From a virus (lineage: Duplodnaviria; Caudoviricetes), in IMG/VR virus record IMGVR_UViG_3300021411_000018, positions 1 through 28,945 of that record: a stretch of DNA of 28,945 nucleotides, one strand, 5' to 3'. Positions within the stretch are counted from its first letter, which is position 1. Each line of letters starts with the position of its first letter. A program made the translations under genes and the position numbers. The notes below the pieces were generated by a model, which saw nothing but the letters and a program-made list of their open reading frames with translations, was not told where the DNA came from and ran no database searches. Shown here one piece after another: positions 17,749 to 25,121 of the stretch.

Positions 17749-18388
17749 CGCAGCGACACGAGGATGGGGCAAAGCCCCCGCACCCAGGAGCAGCATCGTC
17801 ACGCTACGGCGAGCAGACGGCCTGGCACTCCCTGTCCATACCGACATCGCCAGTCTTGTCGCATGGCTGTGCGATGAAACCGAGCGGCGAGGGTACGACC
17901 TGAACCCTGCGTGGTGTTGGGGCTATGCCCCTCGCAAGGTTCGAGGCTCAAAGACTGTGTGGTCGAACCACGCATGGGGTCTGGCGATTGACCTGAACGC
18001 ACCCGCTAATCCCCTGACCGAGAATGGCAAGGTCGTCTCGGACATGCCTGCGTGGGTGCCTCAGTTGTGGAAGTCGTATGGCTTCGGTTGGGGTGGCGAC
18101 TACCCAGGTGCCCGCAAGGATCCGATGCATTTCGAGTTCCTTGGCACCAAGGCTGACGCTGCACGGTTCACGCTGCAAACCAAGACGGCACGACCTGCGC
18201 TCAAGCTCGGGTCAATCGGTGAAGCTGTGAAGCTCTTGCAGGCCCGTCTCAACGCCCACGGCGCCAAGCTCAAGGTTGACGGTCTGTTCGGACCGAAGAC
18301 CCATGACGTTGTGCGCTGGTTCCAGGGCACGAAGGGTCTGGTCATTGACGGGATTGTGGGGCCTCGGACATGGAAGGCCCTCGGTTGA
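17738..18388 (+). CDS. Endolysin: M15-family Zn peptidase plus C-terminal peptidoglycan-binding domain
   Basis: SNHAWGLAIDLN (SxHxxGxAxD), WGGDY, DPMHFE; C-terminal LKLGS.GEAVKLLQARL...VDGLFGPKT..VV..FQ...GL.IDGIVGPRTW is PG_binding_1-like. Start set at ATG 17738 (MATSAATRGWG). Confidence 0.9.
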   Translation: MATSAATRGWGKAPAPRSSIVTLRRADGLALPVHTDIASLVAWLCDETERRGYDLNPAWCWGYAPRKVRGSKTVWSNHAWGLAIDLNAPANPLTENGKVVSDMPAWVPQLWKSYGFGWGGDYPGARKDPMHFEFLGTKADAARFTLQTKTARPALKLGSIGEAVKLLQARLNAHGAKLKVDGLFGPKTHDVVRWFQGTKGLVIDGIVGPRTWKALG

Positions 18389-18401
18389 GAGGTATTCGAT
18401 A

Positions 18402-18536
18402 ATGAAGGCACCGAAGAAGAACAGCAAGGCCAGCTCGGGTAACGCTATGCCGAAGCCCGTCATCAAGACGGGCAAGAACCGTGCGGGGTCAAGCAAGCTT
18501 GCGAACACGAGCCGACCCAACGGCTTCCGACGCTAG
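18402..18536 (+). CDS. 44-aa basic micro-protein
   Basis: GAGAGG SD; MKAPKKNSKASSGNAMPKPVIKTGKNRAGSSKLANTSRPNGFRR*. Confidence 0.6.
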   Translation: MKAPKKNSKASSGNAMPKPVIKTGKNRAGSSKLANTSRPNGFRR

Positions 18537-18743
18537 ATGGCGACCACCAACGATGAGATGTCGCGGGCTTTCCTAACGATCTACCCCGACGACGTTGAGA
18601 CGAACGTTGGTGCGCTGTTCCAACGTTATCTAGCTGACAACGATTGGCTTACGTGGGAGACGTGGGTCGCTGAGGTTGCGACTGAGACAAGTATCGCCTA
18701 TTACGGTGATGCGGTCTACGAGTACTGGGCGGCTTTGCCGTAG
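18537..18743 (+). CDS. Hypothetical protein (last + strand gene)
   Basis: Abuts the previous stop; 68 aa; converges with the - arm with a 28-nt overlap. Confidence 0.6.
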   Translation: MATTNDEMSRAFLTIYPDDVETNVGALFQRYLADNDWLTWETWVAEVATETSIAYYGDAVYEYWAALP

Positions 18744-18967
18744 TTCAGAGTACGTGCCCGCCGCAACCGATCGATGGCTACGGCGGGTTTCTGGTTCTGT
18801 AGGTCCTCGATAGCTAGCGAGACTTCCTCGCGCAGCTCGGTGAGGGCCTGGACACGGGCTGTGTGCCTGTCTCGTTCTTCCTCGTACATCCGCTGGTAGT
18901 ACCAAAGCTGATCCATGACGGGTTCTACCGCTGCACGTACGTCGGGGTGTTCGATGACGTCGCTCAT
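18716..18967 (-). CDS. Hypothetical coiled-coil protein
   Basis: ATGA overlap with the upstream gene; 83 aa. Confidence 0.65.
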   Translation of the reverse strand: MSDVIEHPDVRAAVEPVMDQLWYYQRMYEEERDRHTARVQALTELREEVSLAIEDLQNQKPAVAIDRLRRARTLNYGKAAQYS

Positions 18968-19173
18968 GTCTCTGCGTCGTCCTTGCGGTTCTGTTCGCGA
19001 GCTTCGTCACGTTCACCCAACGCCTTCTCAAGGCGCGCCATCAGACGATCCTGCGCACTGTTGACGATGTCATGCACCACGTTCAGCTTGCGCACAACGA
19101 TGATGAACCCACCGATAGCGGGGAGGCCGAGTGCTATGGCGGTCCCGATGGCTGTAATCATTTCGGGACTCAC
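18964..19173 (-). CDS. Single-TM membrane protein with coiled-coil tail
   Basis: GTGA overlap at 19170-19173 sets the start; MITAIGTAIALGLPAIGGFIIVV TM segment followed by a charged helix. Confidence 0.65.
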   Translation of the reverse strand: MSPEMITAIGTAIALGLPAIGGFIIVVRKLNVVHDIVNSAQDRLMARLEKALGERDEAREQNRKDDAET

Positions 19174-19619
19174 GAGTTGACCCAACCCTGCTGGAAAGCT
19201 TCTTTCCAACTGATCCGTTCGCTGAGGGTTCGGTTCATGTCAATGAGCGGCTGTAGGCCCTTGAACTGACCCTGACGCGGTTGGCTGCTGATCATCAACG
19301 GTCGCTGGGCCGTGATCGTCGCGGGATGTTCGGGAACGAAGAACGGCTTGTTGCTACTCAAGCGGAAGTACGAGCCGAACTGATTGTCCGACGGCCTTTG
19401 GGAGATGTCGCCAAGTGACACGATGCGGGTCTTGCCGTTGTGACCGTGGATCGCCTTCACGCTCTCGATGGAGTCCCAGCACACTGACGACTTGTGCTCG
19501 CCAACGAGCCACCGCATGACGACATGTCCGTCTGGAAACTGCAAGCCAGCGGCAACGACACCTGATCCCGACACCCCCGTTTCGTCTTCGTCTCGTACGA
19601 GTAGGAAGATGTTGATCAT
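19170..19619 (-). CDS. Conserved-type phage hypothetical protein
   Basis: F.L.RDEDETGVSG.GVVA.G..F.DG.V..RW...S...WDSI..V..IHGH.G.T pattern recognised from actinophage hypothetical proteins, plus a C-terminal extension. Confidence 0.7.
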   Translation of the reverse strand: MINIFLLVRDEDETGVSGSGVVAAGLQFPDGHVVMRWLVGEHKSSVCWDSIESVKAIHGHNGKTRIVSLGDISQRPSDNQFGSYFRLSSNKPFFVPEHPATITAQRPLMISSQPRQGQFKGLQPLIDMNRTLSERISWKEAFQQGWVNS

Positions 19620-20272
19620 GCTGCTTTCACCAGTTCTTTCGGAGAGTCATCGTTCTCGCACGTGACCTTGAACAACTGCCCGCTCGCTTGATGCCTCACA
19701 ACGATGCCCTCAGGGTTGCCATAACCAGGAGCGGCAAGGCTTCCCTCGGTCTGGAGCTCGCTGAGCGCTACCTTGATCCTCGTGGTACAGAACCTTGGGT
19801 GAACGAGCAGCGTGGGCACAACGTCCAGGCCGACGTCGACAAGGTGTTGGTCGAACAGCTCTTCGCTATCCCAGCGGTGGACGTTGAAGAGAGAAAGCCG
19901 CTTCTCCGTCATGCCGTAGCCACGCTGTATCCCTTGACCCCACCATTCGCCAAAGTGTCTACCGACGCTTAGACCCTCTACGAGGGTGTCGGCGTGGGTC
20001 TTGACCCAGTCAGCGAAACCATGGTTATCGGCCTCGGGTGTGATGAGACGCTTACGGGACTGAGCGAAGACACCCACCAACCCCTCATAGGGCTGCTGGT
20101 TCTCGTCGGTCAGCTCCGTGAACGTCGCTGTGATCATCTGTGGATGTAGGTCGCCTGGTTCGAGTTCCCTGATGATGATGGCGGCGTTGGTGCCGTCGAT
20201 CTTCTCGGTGATGACCATTTCACGGTTGAGTCGTGGGATCTTCGGCCACGCACAGAACAAGTCGTTCATCAT
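19616..20272 (-). CDS. RNA ligase (Rnl2-type nucleotidyltransferase domain)
   Basis: Motif I TEKIDGTN, AQSR, motif III FGEWWG, IIIa LSLFN, IV PEGIVV, V LFKV. Confidence 0.82.
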   Translation of the reverse strand: MMNDLFCAWPKIPRLNREMVITEKIDGTNAAIIIRELEPGDLHPQMITATFTELTDENQQPYEGLVGVFAQSRKRLITPEADNHGFADWVKTHADTLVEGLSVGRHFGEWWGQGIQRGYGMTEKRLSLFNVHRWDSEELFDQHLVDVGLDVVPTLLVHPRFCTTRIKVALSELQTEGSLAAPGYGNPEGIVVRHQASGQLFKVTCENDDSPKELVKAA

Positions 20273-20469
20273 TTGACCTTCTCGTCAACGATCAACGTGA
20301 AACCGATGGTGAGGATCATCAGGAACGAGATCGGCCAGGACACAGCCATCAGCGTCTTTGATGCGATACCCGTGAATGGCACGTCGTTCTCTTGGGTGGC
20401 TATGTACGTCATGATGGTGTACATGAGGACCGCACCCAAGAGGTACAGGTAGACCACTGCGAAGATCAC
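20269..20469 (-). CDS. Two-TM membrane micro-protein
   Basis: GTGA overlap sets the start at 20469 (VIFAVVYLYLLGAVLM...WPISFLMILTIGFTLIV). Confidence 0.65.
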   Translation of the reverse strand: MIFAVVYLYLLGAVLMYTIMTYIATQENDVPFTGIASKTLMAVSWPISFLMILTIGFTLIVDEKVK

Positions 20470-20711
20470 CAGACACCTCGCTGTTCGTAGAAGTCGTCGT
20501 GCTCGGGCCAATCCTCTTCGGGCCAGTAGCCCGCCAACTCGTTGCACAAAACCCCGCTGCACTGGACCTTGCCAGGACGCACGATCTCTAGGTCACAGTC
20601 AGTAGAACAACGTGCCCAAGAGTTGCCGAAACCGTCCGACAGCCAGTCGACTCTGTCGGACGAGTCCTCCAATAGGTACTCGTACACTTCGCGGGACAGG
20701 ACAGCGGTCAC
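20466..20711 (-). CDS. Cys-containing hypothetical protein
   Basis: W..DGFG.SW..C...CDLEIVRPGKVQC; coupled overlaps on both sides. Confidence 0.7.
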   Translation of the reverse strand: MTAVLSREVYEYLLEDSSDRVDWLSDGFGNSWARCSTDCDLEIVRPGKVQCSGVLCNELAGYWPEEDWPEHDDFYEQRGVW

Positions 20712-21028
20712 GTCTCATCGTCTACCTTTCCCGCCAGCCACTCTTCGAGTTCGACCACGAGCTGCTCGCCCGTGTCCTTCAACCGTCGCTCGCAGTCCTC
20801 TGCCGTTGAATGCAGATGCTTACGTCGCGAGTGGTGCGAGTCGATCATTGCACCAAGGTCAGCCATGACACGGTTGCCGTGGGTGATGACTTGCTGCGCA
20901 CGGTCGATCAGTTCGTCAAGTTCCTTGTCTCTGTTGGCGTCCGTACCAATGCTCGGAACCAAAGAGAGCAGCCTTGCCGATGAGTCGTGTTCGGGCGGTT
21001 CGGCTGCTGCTAGTGCTGTGAGAGTCAT
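20708..21028 (-). CDS. Hypothetical coiled-coil protein
   Basis: 106 aa, helical; GTGA overlap downstream. Confidence 0.6.
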   Translation of the reverse strand: MTLTALAAAEPPEHDSSARLLSLVPSIGTDANRDKELDELIDRAQQVITHGNRVMADLGAMIDSHHSRRKHLHSTAEDCERRLKDTGEQLVVELEEWLAGKVDDET

Positions 21029-21254
21029 TGCTTTGTACCTCGTTGTAGACGTACATGGTCGGCCACAACTTCCGTTCAGGAAGATGGGTCTTGCAGTACA
21101 CGGACCCCGCTACCTCGAACCTTTCTGGTAGTGGTTCCGTGAGTCGGTACTTGATCTTGTTGTGCGGTCCGCCTTTCAGCGGGAACTGCCACGACATGAG
21201 GTCATGTCCCGCTGTCTTGCATTTCGGGGTGTGGCAGATCCGCCTCGGTTTCAT
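20916..21254 (-). CDS. Hypothetical protein (GGP motif)
   Basis: TGATG overlap sets ATG 21254 (MKPRRICHTPKC...LKGGPH); the 3' 113 nt overlap the next gene. Confidence 0.5.
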   Translation of the reverse strand: MKPRRICHTPKCKTAGHDLMSWQFPLKGGPHNKIKYRLTEPLPERFEVAGSVYCKTHLPERKLWPTMYVYNEVQSNDSHSTSSSRTARTRLIGKAALFGSEHWYGRQQRQGT

Positions 21255-21373
21255 CACCTGTGACGTAGCCAACCTTCGATGTCGAGGAGGGCGTCCCACA
21301 CCCAGTCGGGTGCGTCTTCGGCGCTCGCCACGTCAAGCAGGGATTTGAGGGCCTCGTGCTCTTTGTCAGTCAC
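21254..21373 (-). CDS. 39-aa micro-protein
   Basis: Hand translation MTDKEHEALKSLLDVASAEDAPDWVWDALLDIEGWLRHR*; fills the gap with overlaps at both ends. Confidence 0.55.
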   Translation of the reverse strand: MTDKEHEALKSLLDVASAEDAPDWVWDALLDIEGWLRHR

Positions 21374-21467
21374 GGCGATGCCTCGGGTTGAGGCACCTGT
21401 CGCCGTTGAGGCACCGCGACCCGCCACGGAAATGACACCAGGGCGTTCCGTCAGGTGCGTACAACAT
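21366..21467 (-). CDS. 33-aa CCCH-like micro-protein
   Basis: MLYAPDGTPWCHFRGGSRCLNGDRCLNPRHRRD; C-x7-C-x5-C-x4-H. Confidence 0.5.
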   Translation of the reverse strand: MLYAPDGTPWCHFRGGSRCLNGDRCLNPRHRRD

Positions 21468-21475
21468 GGCTTCTC

Positions 21476-21742
21476 TCAGACCAGCGTCAACTGGCCGCTG
21501 TGCTGCTTGTTTCCTGCCATCAGCTTCGCTTGGGCCACCTGGGGTTCCACTTCGCTGAGGATCTGCGCCACCTTCTCTTGCCATGCCATCTCCCATTCTT
21601 CGAGGGTGGCGTAGGTCAGCTCGAACACTTGGTCTGTGAGGTGTTGGATGCGGGGTGGGGTGAGGTCAACGGTGAGGGGATGGAGTGCTTTCATCCGCTT
21701 CTCGTTGTCGGCTACGAGGTCGGCGTACTTGTCGTCGGTCAC
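21476..21742 (-). CDS. Hypothetical helical protein
   Basis: 88 aa; GTGA overlap with the upstream gene. Confidence 0.65.
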   Translation of the reverse strand: MTDDKYADLVADNEKRMKALHPLTVDLTPPRIQHLTDQVFELTYATLEEWEMAWQEKVAQILSEVEPQVAQAKLMAGNKQHSGQLTLV

Positions 21743-22113
21743 AGCACGCCAGTCCTACGGCAGGCCACCAACGCTTGCCGCCAGGTGCGGAACTTGTCGG
21801 TGTCGTCCTTGCGCCAGTCGAAACGTCCCTGGACAAGGCAGAGCCATTCGGCCGTCTCGCGGTCCATGTGGCCGTCCTTCACGTATGTCCCGCTCAGCCA
21901 GGCGAACGCCGTGGTGTTACTGCCCTGCCCCGACGGGCACGGTGCGCCGATGCGGGCGAGCATCTCACCGATGATGCAATGGTTGCCGTTGCCGTCGTCG
22001 TAGATGCACGTCTCGACATCGAAAGGGGTGAATCCAACGGCGTTGCGCTTGCCTCGGGGGCTTTCGTTGACGATGTCGACAAGAAGTTTCTTCGCCTCAT
22101 CGAGGGTCAGCAT
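21739..22113 (-). CDS. Hypothetical protein, paralog B of tandem pair
   Basis: TGATG overlap sets ATG 22113 (MLTLDEAKKLLVDIV...CIY...HCIIGE...RTWRQAL). Confidence 0.75.
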   Translation of the reverse strand: MLTLDEAKKLLVDIVNESPRGKRNAVGFTPFDVETCIYDDGNGNHCIIGEMLARIGAPCPSGQGSNTTAFAWLSGTYVKDGHMDRETAEWLCLVQGRFDWRKDDTDKFRTWRQALVACRRTGVL

Positions 22114-22493
22114 CACAGCAGGCTCTCTTGACGGCAAAGCCTGAGTGCCTGCCGCCACGTGCGTGACTCGTAGAGGGGGCTGCTGGGGTTGCTGGGTCCG
22201 CCGTCGAAGACGTTTTGCACCTGGCCGAGCCACTCCCGCGTGGCTTCTGACAGGTAGCCCTTCTGCACGTAGGGAACGCCAGCGCCGCAGTTGAAGGCGC
22301 TCCCGTTCCAAAGGGGGGCGGGCATCTTCATGCGGTGAAGGAGTTCACCGACGATGCAGCGCTTCCCCGTCTTGGGGCAGTGGTAGAGACACATGCTGCC
22401 GTCGCGTGGGTTCTTTGTGCCAGGTGACGACGACTCCACGATCTCAACAACTAGCTCTTTCGCCCGCCCCATTGACAGGTACGTTTGGGACAT
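22113..22493 (-). CDS. Hypothetical protein, paralog A of tandem pair
   Basis: ATG 22493 with AAGGGA upstream (MSQTYLSMGRAKELVVEIV...CLY...RCIVGE...RTWRQAL). Confidence 0.75.
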   Translation of the reverse strand: MSQTYLSMGRAKELVVEIVESSSPGTKNPRDGSMCLYHCPKTGKRCIVGELLHRMKMPAPLWNGSAFNCGAGVPYVQKGYLSEATREWLGQVQNVFDGGPSNPSSPLYESRTWRQALRLCRQESLL

Positions 22494-22537
22494 AGCAGCA
22501 ACGATTCCCTTAGGTTGAACTTCTAGACATAGTACTT

Positions 22538-22553
22538 TGCGACAAACGTCACA
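22538..22553. promoter_or_regulatory. CRP/GlxR-like palindrome
   Basis: - strand TGTGA-cgtttg-TCGCA, 9/10 match to TGTGA-N6-TCACA; 3 nt from a -10-like TACTAT (22534-22529) in an AT-rich gap. Confidence 0.4.
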
Positions 22554-22896
22554 TTGTTTCCTCAAGGCGGACACGCATCTTCGCCAACGCTTGGTCGCGC
22601 AGATGTGCAATCCACGTCTTACCGAAACGTCCCTCGTAACGCGCAGCAATCTTCCTCAAGCTGACATGCTCAAAGAAGTACGCATCAATGATTTCTTGTT
22701 CGATCGGATCAAGAAGGTCCCAAGCGTCATCGACGTATTTGAGGACATTCTCTCTACGATCGTGGATCTCAGGGAATGACTCTTGCGGTTCCTCGAAGGG
22801 CGGTGCTCGCATGAGCGCTTCAAGTTGGCTGTCGGGTGTGGAGTCGCTCCGTACATCCAACATGGTTGGGTCTGGTGCTAAGACTTCTGCACCCAT
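22549..22896 (-). CDS. Stand-alone sigma-70 region-4-like HTH protein (start 22896 or 22929)
   Basis: LDPIEQEIIDAYFFEHVSLRKIAARY...GKTWIAHLRDQALAKMR follows the region-4 pattern L...E+.++...++..++++EIA...+S...+......A+.KLR; no region 2 present. Confidence 0.72.
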   Translation of the reverse strand: MGAEVLAPDPTMLDVRSDSTPDSQLEALMRAPPFEEPQESFPEIHDRRENVLKYVDDAWDLLDPIEQEIIDAYFFEHVSLRKIAARYEGRFGKTWIAHLRDQALAKMRVRLEETM

Positions 22897-23324
22897 TCGC
22901 CCCCCAATGCGTCGATCGGGATATCCCACGTCTGTTTGCCCTCGGGAAAAAACCCTCGGTTGGCGTCACCAATGGAGTCGGTGAGCTGATCCATTGTCAC
23001 GTACGTATATCGCTGGTTCGTCCCATCCCACACAAACAACCTCGTAGGCATCTCCTGGTGCCACTGCAGGAGAGCGATGTGTTTCTCCACTTTGAGTCTC
23101 AGCACCTGCGCTTTGCCAAACCCCATGCACTCCACGAAACCGTCGCTCGTGATGTAGTCGGGCGCATAACGCACCTTCGTTGCCAGAGAGGCAACACTGA
23201 TGGGTGGTCGGTTGAAACCCCACCTCACCCAGCCCTTCTCGTAGACCTGTTCAAAGACACCTTCCGCCTCGTCACCCATACTCCCAAGACGAGAGGCAAA
23301 GTCCTTGTCAGCGAACGCAGCCAC
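22878..23324 (-). CDS. Putative PD-(D/E)xK-like nuclease-fold protein
   Basis: GDEAE...APDY....FVECMG: PD followed by an E-x-(M) variant of ExK; start GTG 23324 just after the RusA stop. Confidence 0.5.
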   Translation of the reverse strand: MAAFADKDFASRLGSMGDEAEGVFEQVYEKGWVRWGFNRPPISVASLATKVRYAPDYITSDGFVECMGFGKAQVLRLKVEKHIALLQWHQEMPTRLFVWDGTNQRYTYVTMDQLTDSIGDANRGFFPEGKQTWDIPIDALGGEWVQKS

Positions 23325-23325
23325 G

Positions 23326-23664
23326 TCAACACGCCAACGCCACAAGCAGACGTGTGATCTGCCTGTCGTTGTCGTACGCCGTGCCTTGTAGACCGTCCAT
23401 TACGAGTTTCGCGTAGTTGTCGACGTCACCTTGAAGCTTGAACCTACGAGGGCCGTCGTCTTCCAGAAGGACATGAGTCTTGTCAGGGTGCAGCCACAAC
23501 GACATGCTCAGCGGTCCCTCGAACGTGGGTCCGTCGTACGCTGCTGCTAACGCCTTCTCTGCTTCGATGGTGCCTTTGGGTGTGTAGAGCTTGCCGCCCT
23601 GCTTCCCGCTTCGAGGGCGCTCTTTGACGTATGGCTTGCTGTGATACCAGAAGTCGTACAGCAT
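23326..23664 (-). CDS. rusA: RusA-family Holliday junction resolvase
   Basis: KERPR, YTPK.T, GDVDNYAKLVMDGL, YDNDRQI: the DxDNxxKxxxD and D.D.QI RusA motifs. Confidence 0.88.
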   Translation of the reverse strand: MLYDFWYHSKPYVKERPRSGKQGGKLYTPKGTIEAEKALAAAYDGPTFEGPLSMSLWLHPDKTHVLLEDDGPRRFKLQGDVDNYAKLVMDGLQGTAYDNDRQITRLLVALAC

Positions 23665-23775
23665 CTAATGCCAGTCCCCGTAGAACATGGCGAAGAACGC
23701 GAGCAGTACAGTGGCGATGCTGACGATGATAAAGAAGTCTTTCGTCGCGTCCCACATGGTTACGAGCATCATCAT
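23665..23775 (-). CDS. 36-aa single-TM micro-protein
   Basis: Hand translation MMMLVTMWDATKDFFIIVSIATVLLAFFAMFYGDWH*; TGATG overlap with the primase stop; abuts the rusA start. Confidence 0.6.
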   Translation of the reverse strand: MMMLVTMWDATKDFFIIVSIATVLLAFFAMFYGDWH

Positions 23776-24734
23776 CAGTACCAGCTATCTCTTTCGGAGA
23801 CGACTTTCTCAACGATTTCCGCTATGCGAACATCGCCGTCGCCTCGTTGGGTGTACTTTCCCCAATGCTCATCGGCTTTATGCACGACGAGTGCGATTTC
23901 TTCTGGTATGTGTGAACCGTCCCTTGCGATACGGCCAGCTAATGCCACCAAAGCGGATGATCTGTCTGACGTCTTTGGTCCGTTCTCGAAGAGTCTCCGA
24001 GCGTCTTTGCTCAGTCGCTCCAACAGTTCGTCGGTTGAGTCGTAGTTCTCGTTTGCGACGTAGACGGTTTGCTGTCCGATCGGTGGCGGCGGGTGGTATC
24101 TACTTGCTAGCTCCGCTAGTTCGACTGGTTCGCAGCGGTTGTCCCAAGCATCCATGACGAACATGCGTAGAGGAATGGTGTGACCGCTAAGGCCATCGAC
24201 CATCCAACGCTTCTCCTGGTTGCTGGGTTCGTCTTGCAGTTCGTCGTATAGCAGCCCTGCTGGGTATGGGAGACGGACGTAGTTTCCGACTTGTCCTTCG
24301 TCTAGCGATACCTGCTTCGGGTTGATCTCTTTTGTCGGAGCACCAACGAACTCGCACGAGTACAGCAGGGCGTGCCGCATGATCTTCGGGTTGATCCATT
24401 CGGTACAGAACACCCATACGTGGTAGCCCTTGCTGCGCGACCGTTCGATCCAAGACACGATGTCGTGGCATTGCAGGAAGTAGGCGACCTGTACGGCGTC
24501 AGTCCAGCTCATTTCGCCGTTATCGAAATCGATGCAGCCCCATTTGCACAGACCGTCGCGAGGGTCGATGGGGTAGGCGCCGATCGGTTCCGACTCCCCC
24601 GTCAAGTGAGCTTCGGCAGCGTCAATCCACCATTCGATCGTTTCGACACTGCCGCCGTCGTCGGTACCGAGACGATCGCCGTTGCCCTCGAACAGAGCGG
24701 CGAAGAGGTCAATGACCAGTTCGTCGTTATCCAC
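23775..24734 (-). CDS. Archaeo-eukaryotic primase (AEP) superfamily primase
   Basis: Motif I CKWGCIDFD, motif II ERSRSKGYHVWVF, motif III region GNYVRLPY; helical C-terminal domain with DRS; near the helicase. Confidence 0.8.
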   Translation of the reverse strand: MDNDELVIDLFAALFEGNGDRLGTDDGGSVETIEWWIDAAEAHLTGESEPIGAYPIDPRDGLCKWGCIDFDNGEMSWTDAVQVAYFLQCHDIVSWIERSRSKGYHVWVFCTEWINPKIMRHALLYSCEFVGAPTKEINPKQVSLDEGQVGNYVRLPYPAGLLYDELQDEPSNQEKRWMVDGLSGHTIPLRMFVMDAWDNRCEPVELAELASRYHPPPPIGQQTVYVANENYDSTDELLERLSKDARRLFENGPKTSDRSSALVALAGRIARDGSHIPEEIALVVHKADEHWGKYTQRGDGDVRIAEIVEKVVSERDSWY

Positions 24735-24966
24735 GAGCTACTTCTGTCGTGCGGAGCTGACCAGCTCCACCGCTACCTTCTCGCGGCCAACGATGCTGGC
24801 AATCGGGACACATCCATTCGACAGTCATGTCACGGGCCGTGGAGTAGATGCCAATCAGACGAGAGAAATGCGTCTTCGTTCCGTAGTACTTGCGGGATTC
24901 TTCACGGATCGGTTCGGCACGCCAGTCGGCTCCGCATTCGGGGCAGTCGTACGTGTCGGTGTTCAT
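24727..24966 (-). CDS. Zinc-ribbon hypothetical protein
   Basis: CPECG...WMCPDC; ATGA overlap upstream. Confidence 0.7.
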   Translation of the reverse strand: MNTDTYDCPECGADWRAEPIREESRKYYGTKTHFSRLIGIYSTARDMTVEWMCPDCQHRWPREGSGGAGQLRTTEVARG

Positions 24967-25121
24967 GACACCTCCCGAGGATCTTCACCGAACAAAAGGA
25001 ACTTGCATTCCATGTTGTTCTCCACTGCGTAGCGGAGAGCCTTGATTTCGGTCTTGAACACTCGGAACGCTGACCAGTCGTTGTAATAGGTCAGCCACAT
25101 GCCGTCGTCGGCGGTCATCAT
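24963..25121 (-). CDS. 52-aa hypothetical protein
   Basis: Hand translation MMTADDGMWLTYYNDWSAFRVFKTEIKALRYAVENNMECKFLLFGEDPREVS*; ATGA overlaps at both ends. Confidence 0.7.
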   Translation of the reverse strand: MMTADDGMWLTYYNDWSAFRVFKTEIKALRYAVENNMECKFLLFGEDPREVS

